From: a virus
Lineage: Duplodnaviria > Caudoviricetes
DNA length: 64,000 nt
Reading direction: 5' to 3' (one strand)
IMG/VR virus record: IMGVR_UViG_2667527228_000001
Coordinates: 23,736 to 87,735 of that record
The translations under genes were made by a program, and so were the position numbers. A model generated the notes under the pieces. The model worked only from the letters and a program-made list of their open reading frames with translations, searched no databases and was not told the origin of the DNA. Each line of letters starts with the position of its first letter. The first letter of the stretch is position 1. This document shows positions 9,675-19,328 of this stretch, piece by piece.

Positions 9675-10817
9675 ATGAGTTATCCCGCCTCAGAAATTAT
9701 TCGCATCAACGCAAGAATCAGCCCTGCCGGACTGGGCACTGCGAACTTCGCCAGCGCCATGCTGTTCGCGCCAGAAACCGAATTACCGGAAGGATTTGAT
9801 CCTGATACATACCGGACCTATTCAACGCTGGTAGCGCTGTCTACTGACTTCGCAGACACAACCGAGACCTACAAGGCGGCTCAGCGCTGGCTTGGCGGCA
9901 CACCGGCAACGCGCCAGATTCAGGTTTGGGGAACAGCAACAGCAGACGCAACCCGCGCCGCCACACTGAACAAAGCCCGCAACATGCTCTGGTGGTATTG
10001 GACCATGTGGACAGCAGATGTTCTTGCCGTGAAACTGGACGTTCTCGCGATCGCAAGCTGGTGTGATGAAAACACTAGCATGTTTATCGACAACCAGACC
10101 GGCGCTAATGTGGCTGAAATTCGCGACCCTGCCGAAGACGAAGATATCGCCAGCGGCCTAACGGCGCTAGGGTTCCGCCACGCTTACACCGCCGCACACG
10201 CCACCGACGCCTATTCCGGCTCGGCCCTGGCCAAGCACTTTGCAGCGGTGAACTACAGCGCCGATCGCTCGACCATCACTGGTGAGTTCAAGAAGTCGCC
10301 CGGTGTGCTCGCTGAATCTTTGACCGGTACCGCTTATGCGGCTATGCAGAGCGATACGAAGAAGGCCGTCTTCTACACCATAGTGGACAACCAAGGATCT
10401 ACTGATTCTGGCCGGTGGCTGAACACGCTCACGCACAGCTTTTACGGCGAGTTCATCGACGATGTGGTGAACCTTGATGCGTGCATCAACTTCCTGACCA
10501 CGTCGCTCTACGGCGCAGTCGCCAACCAGACCACCAAGCTTGCTCAGACCCCCGTCGGCCAAGCGGTACTGATCGGCGCTGCGCGGGCGACCATGCAGCA
10601 GTTCATCAGCAACGGCTACCTGGGTCCGCGGAACTACATCGACCCGGACGATGGATTGGAAAAATACACCGCCGGCTTCGAGATCCTGACCAAGCCTGAG
10701 GACATCCTCGACCTTTCGGACGCTGACCGTGACGCTCGCAAGTCCGCACCTCTGCGAATCCGACTGTTCCGCGCTGGCGCCATCCATGTGGTTGACGTTG
10801 ATCTCGACGTTTATTGA
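9675..10817 (+). CDS. Tail sheath protein (DUF3383-like)
   Basis: IIRINARISP N-terminus; RDARKSAP...AGAIHVV C-terminus. Confidence 0.82.
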   Translation: MSYPASEIIRINARISPAGLGTANFASAMLFAPETELPEGFDPDTYRTYSTLVALSTDFADTTETYKAAQRWLGGTPATRQIQVWGTATADATRAATLNKARNMLWWYWTMWTADVLAVKLDVLAIASWCDENTSMFIDNQTGANVAEIRDPAEDEDIASGLTALGFRHAYTAAHATDAYSGSALAKHFAAVNYSADRSTITGEFKKSPGVLAESLTGTAYAAMQSDTKKAVFYTIVDNQGSTDSGRWLNTLTHSFYGEFIDDVVNLDACINFLTTSLYGAVANQTTKLAQTPVGQAVLIGAARATMQQFISNGYLGPRNYIDPDDGLEKYTAGFEILTKPEDILDLSDADRDARKSAPLRIRLFRAGAIHVVDVDLDVY

Positions 10818-10829
10818 TAGGTGATCTGA

Positions 10830-11237
10830 ATGTCCCTGAATAATTTCTCTAACGACCTGACCGTCGTCACCATCAATGGCCGGCAAATCCAGGACTGGGG
10901 CGACACTGCCACCCCATACACAGATGCGCCGATCGATCCTCGCAGTCAGCTGCGCCGTGGCCAGGGCGGCAACGCTGTCCGTCTCGATCGCCAGAACCCA
11001 GGCCGTGAGGTGAACGTCTACCTCAATCCGGGCTCATCCGACTCAGCATACGTGCAGGGCCTGCTGAACTCGAACGCCAACATCACTCTGACCTTCACGC
11101 AGATCGGCACGCTCGAAACGGCCCTTGGCTCGGAAGGCGTGCTGGTGAACGACGGCCAGCGTGGTCGCGCCGGTTCAACCATCACGGACGATCAGTTCAC
11201 GATGCAGTTCAACATCTGGGAAGCGACAAGGGGCTAA
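10830..11237 (+). CDS. Tail tube protein
   Basis: 135-aa beta-rich ORF after sheath. Confidence 0.72.
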   Translation: MSLNNFSNDLTVVTINGRQIQDWGDTATPYTDAPIDPRSQLRRGQGGNAVRLDRQNPGREVNVYLNPGSSDSAYVQGLLNSNANITLTFTQIGTLETALGSEGVLVNDGQRGRAGSTITDDQFTMQFNIWEATRG

Positions 11238-11240
11238 TAG

Positions 11241-11642
11241 ATGAGCGTGAAACCATTCACCATTGGCGGTGTGCAGTACAACGCAGCCATGGCCAGCGCT
11301 GTCGATCAAGACCGGCTCATGTCCATGTTGTCCGGCGCCGTGCTTGAGCGATTTGCAACGGCGGCGCATGCCGGCTTGGAAGTTGACGGCCAGGTCCTCT
11401 GTGCGATGTTCATGTCGATGCGCCAGGACGTGAAGGCTCAGGTCTCGCAGATGCTCATGGGAAAAGTCCTCATCAACGGCACCGAGCGCCCGGTAACTGT
11501 CGCTGACTTCGGCGGCAGGATGGTGCAGTACAACCAGTTGCTCGCCGAACTGCTGCTATGGAACCTCTCCGATTTTTTCGACTGGCTGCCCAGCGGCGCA
11601 AAAGACGCTCGGCAGGACGAGGTGGTAGGCGCAGCGCAATAA
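11241..11642 (+). CDS. Tail assembly chaperone (G-like); -1 frameshift product extends to 11806
   Basis: Between tube and tape measure; T TTT TTC slippery site at 11573-11579 opens into ORF 11558..11806. Confidence 0.75.
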   Translation: MSVKPFTIGGVQYNAAMASAVDQDRLMSMLSGAVLERFATAAHAGLEVDGQVLCAMFMSMRQDVKAQVSQMLMGKVLINGTERPVTVADFGGRMVQYNQLLAELLLWNLSDFFDWLPSGAKDARQDEVVGAAQ

Positions 11643-11798
11643 ATTGGTTCCTGATGCGCCCATGCGTCGGTATTACCGGAATCTGCCCCCCACTGTGCAC
11701 ATGGTCCCAACTGGCTGATGGCTCTCTGTCTATCGCAGATGTGGAGCGATTTAACCAGGCCATGGACGAGATGTGGGATCAATACGAGGCTGTGAAGA

Positions 11799-13250
11799 AT
11801 GGCTAGTAAGGTTCTGAAGTCGTTCCTGATCGGCATCGGCTACGACACCAAAGCCCTGGATGCGGGCGACAAGAAGATTAACGCCAGCCTTAACGGGATC
11901 AAGTCCAACGCCCTCGGAATCTCAGCGGCACTGGTCGGAGCATTTGGGGCTGGCGCCGGGGCAATCGTCGGTGTAGCCAATCGCGTAGACAAGCTGGCCA
12001 TGTCCACACAGAACCTGCGCACCTCGCAGGCTGCCGTATACAACTATGGCAACGCCCTAAAGCTCATGGGTGGCGATGCAGCGGACGCTGTCGAGACCTT
12101 GGCGCATTTCGAAGAGATTCAAAATAATCTCCGACTCAAAGGTGATGCTGGTCCAATCAATGATTTGGCTACGGCTGGCATTGATGTCAGCTCGCTGTAT
12201 AAGACGAGCACTGGTGAAGAGTTCATGCGCGCCCTCGCAAGCATGATTCCAAACCTCGACGAAGGTCAGCGCGCACAAGTACAAAGCTCGCTCGGGCTAT
12301 CTGACGGTGTGTTCCGCTCGCTGGCCGGCGGGGTTGATAAGCTCGACGATGCGATGAAGCGCGCCAGCGGCCTCACTGGCAGTGTCGATCAGTTGACTGA
12401 CAATGCACGGAAGCTCGCGGAAAACTCCGCAGAGTTCAGCCTGATCCTGGAAGGCATCAACAATGAGCTTTCTGAGAAGTTCATGAAAAGCCTGGTTGGG
12501 GCTGGTAGTGCGCTGAACAACTTCCTCAAGGACCACCGCGAGAGCGTGAGCGGCGTTATTGATTACGCCTCAGACAATCCGGTCGCTACAGCGACATTGG
12601 GTACTTCCGCAGTTGCAGCCGTCGTTGGGGCAACATTTGCGAAACTTGGTCTTGCATCGATTGGCGGGCTGGTCAGCAAAACTGGAACCGCTGGCGTTGC
12701 CATCACCGGTGGCGCGATTGGGTCAAACCTGATCAACAGGTCTCTAAACGAATATGTGCCGGGTTACGGCGATGCTGCTCGCGGCTTTGATGAACTTCTC
12801 AAGGATGTGACCGGCTTAGATCGAATCAAAGGGCCGATGGAGCTTATGTATGGGGGGGATGGGAATGCAACCCAGAGTCGAAGCGATATCAGGTATGAAA
12901 AGCCGCAGGAATATACGGGGAAAGTAATCCGATCACAGAAAGACATCGACTATCTGAATCGACGAGACGAACCTCCGGTCGAGGTCTCTCGGCCCGCAGA
13001 GTCGGTCTACGGCGAAAGGTCAGCGGCAGACATCATCCCGCCGGCCGAAGCAACCAGTCGCGAAGATGAGCGAAATGCGAATGCCGATGCACTTGCAGGC
13101 GCGCTGAGTCGTACTCCGATCAAGGTGCAAAACCAGCTTGGCGTGACGCTTCAGTTGGACGGGCAGGCGCTTGAGTCGAAAATCACGCAGGTCAACGAGC
13201 GGCAAAACTACGAGACCCTTGGCGACCTGAAGACCACTACGGAGCGATAG
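11799..13250 (+). CDS. Tape measure protein
   Basis: FLIGIGYD N-terminus, Ala/Gly-rich helical, follows chaperones. Confidence 0.78.
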   Translation: MASKVLKSFLIGIGYDTKALDAGDKKINASLNGIKSNALGISAALVGAFGAGAGAIVGVANRVDKLAMSTQNLRTSQAAVYNYGNALKLMGGDAADAVETLAHFEEIQNNLRLKGDAGPINDLATAGIDVSSLYKTSTGEEFMRALASMIPNLDEGQRAQVQSSLGLSDGVFRSLAGGVDKLDDAMKRASGLTGSVDQLTDNARKLAENSAEFSLILEGINNELSEKFMKSLVGAGSALNNFLKDHRESVSGVIDYASDNPVATATLGTSAVAAVVGATFAKLGLASIGGLVSKTGTAGVAITGGAIGSNLINRSLNEYVPGYGDAARGFDELLKDVTGLDRIKGPMELMYGGDGNATQSRSDIRYEKPQEYTGKVIRSQKDIDYLNRRDEPPVEVSRPAESVYGERSAADIIPPAEATSREDERNANADALAGALSRTPIKVQNQLGVTLQLDGQALESKITQVNERQNYETLGDLKTTTER

Positions 13251-13252
13251 CC

Positions 13253-13909
13253 TTGAGCATCATCAACATCTTCACGCGCCAGGCTCCGACCATCGCGGGC
13301 TACTCGTTTGACGCGGTGCTGGAAGATACGTTCGAGGCCACGGTAAACATCACGTCCTTCCCGATTGAGTCAGGCGTGAGGATTTCGGATCACCGAATCC
13401 TTAACCCGTTCAAGTGGACAATGACCGGCGCAATCAGCAATAACCCGGTAAAGGTCCAGCTGACCGACTTTCTAGGTGGTGCACTCTCCAACCTCACCAG
13501 CAACCCGATCGTTTCAACGGTAGCCGGTCTTTCAGCCGGTTTCTTGGCAGGCAGCGATGAAACACGGGCAAGCTCTACGCTCGAGTTTCTTGTCTGGCTG
13601 ATGCAGTCCTATGACCCGTTCGATATTGATGCTGGCGACATCCTGCTCAAGAACATGGCGATCACGCGACTATCTCGAACCAAGGAGCCGCGGAACGAGG
13701 GTGGCCTTGAGTTCGTCGTGGAGCTTCAGGAAGTTATCGAACTGGACCGAATCGCCCGTGATGCAGAGTGCTCGATTCCTCAACTCCGGGATGGCGACCC
13801 GTCACAGAGTGCTCTTGCCCGTGCGATCAGGCGGGGGCAGGCCATTGCCAAGGAGGCAACGGATACTGTGGCGAGTGCAGTGAACAACGTTCTTGATGGG
13901 GTGGTTTGA
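13253..13909 (+). CDS. Baseplate/tube-initiator protein
   Basis: DAVLED...ITSFPIESG...ISDH motif after tape measure. Confidence 0.7.
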   Translation: MSIINIFTRQAPTIAGYSFDAVLEDTFEATVNITSFPIESGVRISDHRILNPFKWTMTGAISNNPVKVQLTDFLGGALSNLTSNPIVSTVAGLSAGFLAGSDETRASSTLEFLVWLMQSYDPFDIDAGDILLKNMAITRLSRTKEPRNEGGLEFVVELQEVIELDRIARDAECSIPQLRDGDPSQSALARAIRRGQAIAKEATDTVASAVNNVLDGVV

Positions 13910-14217
13910 TGTTCGTGATTCCGTTGCGCGCCGGCGCCGAAAATGCTCATCAGCGATTTGCTGTGCAGCTGGGTGACAACCTGATCGACTTCGAGGTGGA
14001 TTTCATCTCGTACCTTGATTATCCGGCCTGGTCGATGAACCTGGTGCGAGACGGAACCCGTCTTGTGGCAGGCGCAATGCTGGAGCCTGGTAGCGACGTG
14101 ATTCAGAGCTACCGGACCGCAATAGGCCAAATGGTTTTCACGGGTGCAGATGTCACGCTGGACAACCTGGGCGTCGAAAACTTTCTGGTCTGGATTCCCC
14201 CTACGGTGGACACATGA
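13906..14217 (+). CDS. Small baseplate protein
   Basis: Position and size; start may be ATG 13909. Confidence 0.6.
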   Translation: MMFVIPLRAGAENAHQRFAVQLGDNLIDFEVDFISYLDYPAWSMNLVRDGTRLVAGAMLEPGSDVIQSYRTAIGQMVFTGADVTLDNLGVENFLVWIPPTVDT

Positions 14218-15629
14218 GACAGCGAGTGTGGTCGGTCGACATAAACGGCAATCCATACATCAGCCAGCAGGCCGGGCAGCGTCAGTTCAGAATTCAATTC
14301 AACGTCGATATCTCGCCTGGTGATGCGGTCTCATTTGCCGACATCCGCCTCTACAACATGAACAAGAGATCAGCCATCGCCCAGCGATCCAGCATTGTTC
14401 TGCGTGCCGGATACAGCGACAACATCGATGCGATTTTCACAGGGTTTGTGACCAACACCCTGCGCGAGCGTGAGCCTGGATCGCCTGAGATCATTACCCG
14501 CCTGATTTGTCGCTCTGGGCAGCCAGCGACTGATCGATTATCTGCACAGCTTTCATTCGGGGTCGGCTCTCGTGTTGAAGAAGTGATTCGGGCTCTGGCA
14601 AGGGCGTGGCCCCTGCCGGTTGATATCGATAATGCTCAGTTCGCCGACACTCCAGCGCTGACATCAGGGTTGGTTGTTGATGGCGATATCCCTTCCGCCA
14701 TGGCTGATCTGGCTTATGCCTACAAGTTTGAATGGATGCAGGATCGTGGGCGGATCGTGGTTACCAAGCCAAATATGCCACGCTCAACCACCATCGTTCA
14801 GGTTGACCAGTTCAGCGGAATGATCGGTATTCCCGAGGTTTCTCGCGGTCCTGATGGGCTTGGCGTATTCGTGGCAGTCCAACTGAGCCCATCGCTGCGT
14901 ATCAACGGGAAAATCAACGTAGAGAGCGAGTTTGCGACGTTCAACACAGGGAATCTGTTCGTCTCCGAGCTGAGCGGTGACGCCACTGCGAACGGTGAGT
15001 ACAACGTGCTCGCAATGAAGCATTCCGGGGATTCGCATAGTGATCAGTGGCGCACGGAGATTGATGGCCTCCGGGCTGGTACGGCGCCAGCGGCTACCGA
15101 GGTCGCCACCTCCGAGAACGGGAAACTCATCTGGGGCGCCCGGGTAGAACAGGCGTTCCGGGTCAAGGTGCGGGAGATTTCCGGAAACTTGTCCATAGAT
15201 CCCAACTGGCTGATGGCCGTGATGGGGTTCGAAACCGGATACACGTTCAGTCCCGCCGCACGAAATCCAGGCAGCACAGCAACCGGGCTTATCCAGTTCG
15301 TTGAGTCGACGGCTAGGAGCCTTGGCACGTCCACAGCGCAACTAGCGCGTATGACCGCAGTGCGGCAGCTGGATTATGTTGAGGGCTATTACCGCCCATA
15401 TAACGGTCGCATCCGTAACCTTGGCGACGCCTATCTCGCTGTCCTGTGGCCGTCAGCGGTTGGCAGGCCGGATTCCTACGTGATGTGGGAGCGTGACTCC
15501 GGGCCTTACCAGCGCGAGTATGCCGCCAACTCCGGCCTCGATGTGAACCACGATGGTGTCATCACCCGTGGAGAGGCAGTCTCATCGGTGAACACGTCCT
15601 ACATGCGCGGACAGCAGTTCATGCGATAG
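14214..15629 (+). CDS. Baseplate hub protein fused to C-terminal lysozyme-like (SLT) peptidoglycan hydrolase
   Basis: N-terminal LRAGY...IFTG hub motif; C-terminal LMAVMGFETG, ATGLIQF, DAYLAVLWP and EF-hand-like DVNHDGVIT. Confidence 0.8.
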   Translation: MRQRVWSVDINGNPYISQQAGQRQFRIQFNVDISPGDAVSFADIRLYNMNKRSAIAQRSSIVLRAGYSDNIDAIFTGFVTNTLREREPGSPEIITRLICRSGQPATDRLSAQLSFGVGSRVEEVIRALARAWPLPVDIDNAQFADTPALTSGLVVDGDIPSAMADLAYAYKFEWMQDRGRIVVTKPNMPRSTTIVQVDQFSGMIGIPEVSRGPDGLGVFVAVQLSPSLRINGKINVESEFATFNTGNLFVSELSGDATANGEYNVLAMKHSGDSHSDQWRTEIDGLRAGTAPAATEVATSENGKLIWGARVEQAFRVKVREISGNLSIDPNWLMAVMGFETGYTFSPAARNPGSTATGLIQFVESTARSLGTSTAQLARMTAVRQLDYVEGYYRPYNGRIRNLGDAYLAVLWPSAVGRPDSYVMWERDSGPYQREYAANSGLDVNHDGVITRGEAVSSVNTSYMRGQQFMR

Positions 15630-15723
15630 GCCCTTGGTTGAGCTCAGACCAACTGATACATTTTTCACCTGAATTCAGCTTCTGTTTGGCTGATAATATG
15701 TTTTTAACCCGCGGACTGGTGCG

Positions 15724-16332
15724 ATGAAAAGTTATCTAGTGGCTTTGATTTTTTTGATAGTTACTCCGGCTATCGCAGCTTCCGATAATGCTAAAAATCA
15801 AATAGATTTTCTCGATACGCCCTACGCGGTAACGCACCTAAGTGATTTTGATATCGATTGCGTGTGGACAAAAGACGATCAAGGAAGGCTGAAAAGTGAG
15901 GCGATGGGGCCAGATGGTCCGGGCGTGTGCTGGGACAAAAAATCAGTTGATCAGGTTAGAAAACTGGATGAAGAGGGTAAGTTAACCTGGCATAACCCGA
16001 CCGGCAGCGACCATACAGGTGGAAATGAAAGTGAACGAAGGGTCGAGTTCGGCGGGTATGTTGCTACTAAAAATAATCTACTCGGATCCGTGTTGCTTGC
16101 CTGCTACACCGGCAGCTTAGACAGCGACGGCCTGCTGGTTTCTAAAGAAGAGCAAGAAAATAGATATATGGCTTTGCTGGGTTTATACGAAGGCGAGCCA
16201 TCGAGCATTAAAAAAGTAACTAATGCGTATAGTTTTGCACGCCGAAATCTTAGTGACCGTTACCCGCTAGATACAAGGGGTCAGTATCGCGCCGCTGTTT
16301 GCGATCAGATGGTAAAGAAGGGAAAGCTTTAA
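15724..16332 (+). CDS. Moron: secreted/periplasmic hypothetical protein
   Basis: Sec signal MKSYLVALIFLIVTPAIA; four Cys; AT-richer than flanks; own terminator. Confidence 0.8.
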   Translation: MKSYLVALIFLIVTPAIAASDNAKNQIDFLDTPYAVTHLSDFDIDCVWTKDDQGRLKSEAMGPDGPGVCWDKKSVDQVRKLDEEGKLTWHNPTGSDHTGGNESERRVEFGGYVATKNNLLGSVLLACYTGSLDSDGLLVSKEEQENRYMALLGLYEGEPSSIKKVTNAYSFARRNLSDRYPLDTRGQYRAAVCDQMVKKGKL

Positions 16333-16371
16333 AGATTCCCGTATGTGATAGATAACCATGAATTAATAAAC

Positions 16372-16394
16372 AAACCCGCTCCGGCGGGTTTTTT
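16372..16394 (+). terminator. Rho-independent terminator after moron
   Basis: AAACCCGC-TCCG-GCGGGTTTTTT. Confidence 0.85.
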
Positions 16395-16421
16395 ATTACC
16401 TGCGGTAAATGGAGAGCCTTA

Positions 16422-17129
16422 ATGCTTGAATCAGAAGGCCGCGCAAAGCAGGCGAAACTGATCCGCGATGCATTCCGCGAGGTCATGAAAGGTGTGAGTA
16501 CTTCGATACCTGGGCACGTTCTTACCTTCAGCCCGTTGACCCAGCTTGCTCAGGTACAGCCAGGCATTGCGCGGGTGGACATCAATGGAGCCGAGTTCAA
16601 GGTGCCACCAATCATCGAGGTTCCGGTCTATTTCCCGGGAGGTGACTTCTGTGTCGAGTATCAGATTGACCCCCAATGCGAGGGCGACATCCTGTTCTCT
16701 CAACGCTGCATCGATGGATGGATCCAGAGCGGCGGAATTGCTGCAAACCCGATCGGGCGTTTCCACAACATGCAGGACGCAATGTTCCTTCCTGGCTTCC
16801 GCTCGCAACCGAATGTGTTGCCGGAGTTCCAAAACAACGGCGTGCGCATGCGCAACAAGGCTGGCACGCAGTTCGTCTGGCTGAAGAACGACAACAGCAT
16901 CTCCATGGATAACGGGGTCGCGAAGTTTGACGTGCTGGCGGACGGCACAACTCTGATGCAAAACGGCGCTGGCAGCTTTCGGTTGCAGGCAGACGGATCG
17001 TTCCTGATCAACGGCCTGAAGATTACGCCTGACGGCGACGTGATCACGGCTACCGGCATTTCCCTCAAAAATCACAGAACGTCCGGTGTTACGCCTGGAT
17101 CTGGAACAAGTGGAGTGCCAGTTATATGA
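16422..17129 (+). CDS. Baseplate central spike (Gp138/gpV-like)
   Basis: VPVYFPGG, FSQRCID, RFHNMQDA motifs; C-terminal LKNHRTSGV. Confidence 0.82.
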   Translation: MLESEGRAKQAKLIRDAFREVMKGVSTSIPGHVLTFSPLTQLAQVQPGIARVDINGAEFKVPPIIEVPVYFPGGDFCVEYQIDPQCEGDILFSQRCIDGWIQSGGIAANPIGRFHNMQDAMFLPGFRSQPNVLPEFQNNGVRMRNKAGTQFVWLKNDNSISMDNGVAKFDVLADGTTLMQNGAGSFRLQADGSFLINGLKITPDGDVITATGISLKNHRTSGVTPGSGTSGVPVI

Positions 17130-17473
17130 CCGTGCGCAAATTGGACGACAACGGCGACATCGTGACTCGTGGCCAGCAGTTCCTAGGCGGAAAAGAAGAG
17201 ATCGCCCAGACGGTGATGACCAGGCTTCGGTTGTTCCTCGGCGAGTACTTTCGCGACATCACGGACGGCACGCCTTGGTACGAGCAGATCCTCGGCAAAT
17301 TCGCCAGCCTCTCTGCTGCCGAAGCCGCGCTAAGGGCAAGGATCGCCAACACTCCCGGCGTCATCCGCCTCACCAGCTTCTCCGCTGACTTCGACATCAA
17401 CGCCCGCCGTTACAGCGTGACCGCTGGAATTCTCACCGCGTTCGGCCTGGAAGAGGTAACACTGGATGGCTAG
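17126..17473 (+). CDS. Baseplate wedge protein (gp25/W-like)
   Basis: VRKLDDNGD, RLRLFLGEYF...GTPW motifs. Confidence 0.75.
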   Translation: MTVRKLDDNGDIVTRGQQFLGGKEEIAQTVMTRLRLFLGEYFRDITDGTPWYEQILGKFASLSAAEAALRARIANTPGVIRLTSFSADFDINARRYSVTAGILTAFGLEEVTLDG

Positions 17474-18686
17474 CCTGACCGCAAATGGCTACGTGCTGCA
17501 GACGCAAAATGACTGGTTCGCGCAGGAGCGGCAGTTCTACCTCGATATCGACCCGCTTTGGAATCTTGACCCTTCCACCCCTGACGGCTTGAAGATGGCG
17601 CATGACGCCGAGATCTTCTATTCGTTGGATGAGACCCTTCAGCAGGCCTACAACTCGAAAGACCCTAACAAGGCGAAGCGCACGGATCTGGATATCGTCT
17701 GCTCGCTGACAGGGACAACCCGCTCGAATGGTTCTGGTTCCAGCGTACAGCTGACACTAACGGCCACCGCAGGCACGGTGATATTCGCGGGAAACCGCTT
17801 TGAGTCAACCGTCACCGGTAGCCGCTGGACGACAGATCAGACGGTTACAGCGGACGTATCTGGTCTCGCCATTATCAATGCGACCTGCACCGTGGTCGGG
17901 CCAACGCAGGCCGATACGGGCACCATCACTCGCATCGTAGACGTGGTCGCTGGCCTGTCTGCCGTCACGAACGCGGCCCCAGCTACGCCAGGCATCGACG
18001 CGCAGACCGATGAGCAACTGCGCGTGACCAGGGCAACCGCCGTCGGCAGACCTGGCAACAACCAGATCGATTCGATGCTTGGTGAGATTTTCAGCGTCGC
18101 CGGCGTCCGAAGGGTAAAGGTCTACGAGAACGACACGAACAGCGCGGCGGTTTCTTCGGATAACCCATACGGGCTTCCGGCTCACTCTATTGCGCCGGTA
18201 ATCGACGGCGGTGTTGACGCTGATGTGGCCATGGCCATTTACCTGAAGAAGAACCCAGGTGCACTGCTTTTTCAGGCCGGCACCCCATTTTCGGTTCTGG
18301 TGACATCGCCGAAGTATCCCAGCAACAAGAAACTGATCAAGGCCAGTCGCCCGGTCTATGTCGACGCCATCCTGAATATCACCCTTGTCAACGACGGAAC
18401 GCTCCCGTCAACGATCATCCAGGAGATCAAGGACGCGGTTGTCGAGTTCGGTCAGGGCGAGCTCATTCCGGCAGATGTCGGATTCAAGATCACCGGCTTC
18501 GATATCGGCGAATCGGTCCCGTTCAGCACGGCACTTACGCCTGTCAACAAGGTGATCGGCTCGTACGGGAATAGCTACGTCAATATAGCCTCGTCGAACC
18601 TGAACGGATCCACAGGCACGCTGGCGATTGCCTACAACCAGATGTCGCGGTGGACCTTGGCCAACGTCAACGTGACGGTGACTTGA
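17466..18686 (+). CDS. Baseplate J-like protein
   Basis: TDEQLR, VKVYEN, LPAHSI motifs. Confidence 0.82.
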   Translation: MASLTANGYVLQTQNDWFAQERQFYLDIDPLWNLDPSTPDGLKMAHDAEIFYSLDETLQQAYNSKDPNKAKRTDLDIVCSLTGTTRSNGSGSSVQLTLTATAGTVIFAGNRFESTVTGSRWTTDQTVTADVSGLAIINATCTVVGPTQADTGTITRIVDVVAGLSAVTNAAPATPGIDAQTDEQLRVTRATAVGRPGNNQIDSMLGEIFSVAGVRRVKVYENDTNSAAVSSDNPYGLPAHSIAPVIDGGVDADVAMAIYLKKNPGALLFQAGTPFSVLVTSPKYPSNKKLIKASRPVYVDAILNITLVNDGTLPSTIIQEIKDAVVEFGQGELIPADVGFKITGFDIGESVPFSTALTPVNKVIGSYGNSYVNIASSNLNGSTGTLAIAYNQMSRWTLANVNVTVT

Positions 18687-19327
18687 TGAACATTCCAGAT
18701 CGGGTCTATGCCCAGTATCAGAACAAGCCGAAGGCGGTCGCGTGGTTCTCGATCGCTCGTTCACTCGGAGGCGATATCGAAGCCGCAACCGAAGCGGTCC
18801 GCAAAAGCTACGACATCGATAGCGCCGAAGGAGAGGTGCTCAACGTCATCGGGCGTATCGTGGTGGCCCCGCGCAGTTTCCTGGGCGCGGTCGATATGAA
18901 CCCCGGGTTTTTCGATCTTATAGACGGATCTGAGTTTGGCGACGAAGACGCGATGTTCAGCCCTCTGAGCATTGATCAGGACGGAAAGCTTTCCGATGAG
19001 CTCTACCGCTTGGTGATCAAAGCCAAGATCGTCAAGAACAATGGCGACGCGACAATAGAAAACATCCTTGAGGGGATAAATTTCCTTTTACCGAACGCCG
19101 ACGTGTTGCGCGTCACTGACGGTGAAGACATGTCGTTCAGCATCGAGTTCTATGGAGAGATTTCCGATCTTGAGCGATTTGCTCTGCTCAATGCCGGCCT
19201 TGTACCGAAGCCTCAGGCAGTCCAGTTCAATGGATTCCTTGAGGGATTCGGAATGTTCGAGTTCGGTGATACAGATGCCGAGTTCGGTGATGAAAGCGCA
19301 GAATTTGCAGGATACATAGGGGCTTAA
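18686..19327 (+). CDS. Baseplate wedge protein (DUF2612-like)
   Basis: LNVIGRIV, LSDELYRLVIKAKIVKN motifs. Confidence 0.78.
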   Translation: MNIPDRVYAQYQNKPKAVAWFSIARSLGGDIEAATEAVRKSYDIDSAEGEVLNVIGRIVVAPRSFLGAVDMNPGFFDLIDGSEFGDEDAMFSPLSIDQDGKLSDELYRLVIKAKIVKNNGDATIENILEGINFLLPNADVLRVTDGEDMSFSIEFYGEISDLERFALLNAGLVPKPQAVQFNGFLEGFGMFEFGDTDAEFGDESAEFAGYIGA

Positions 19328-19328
19328 C

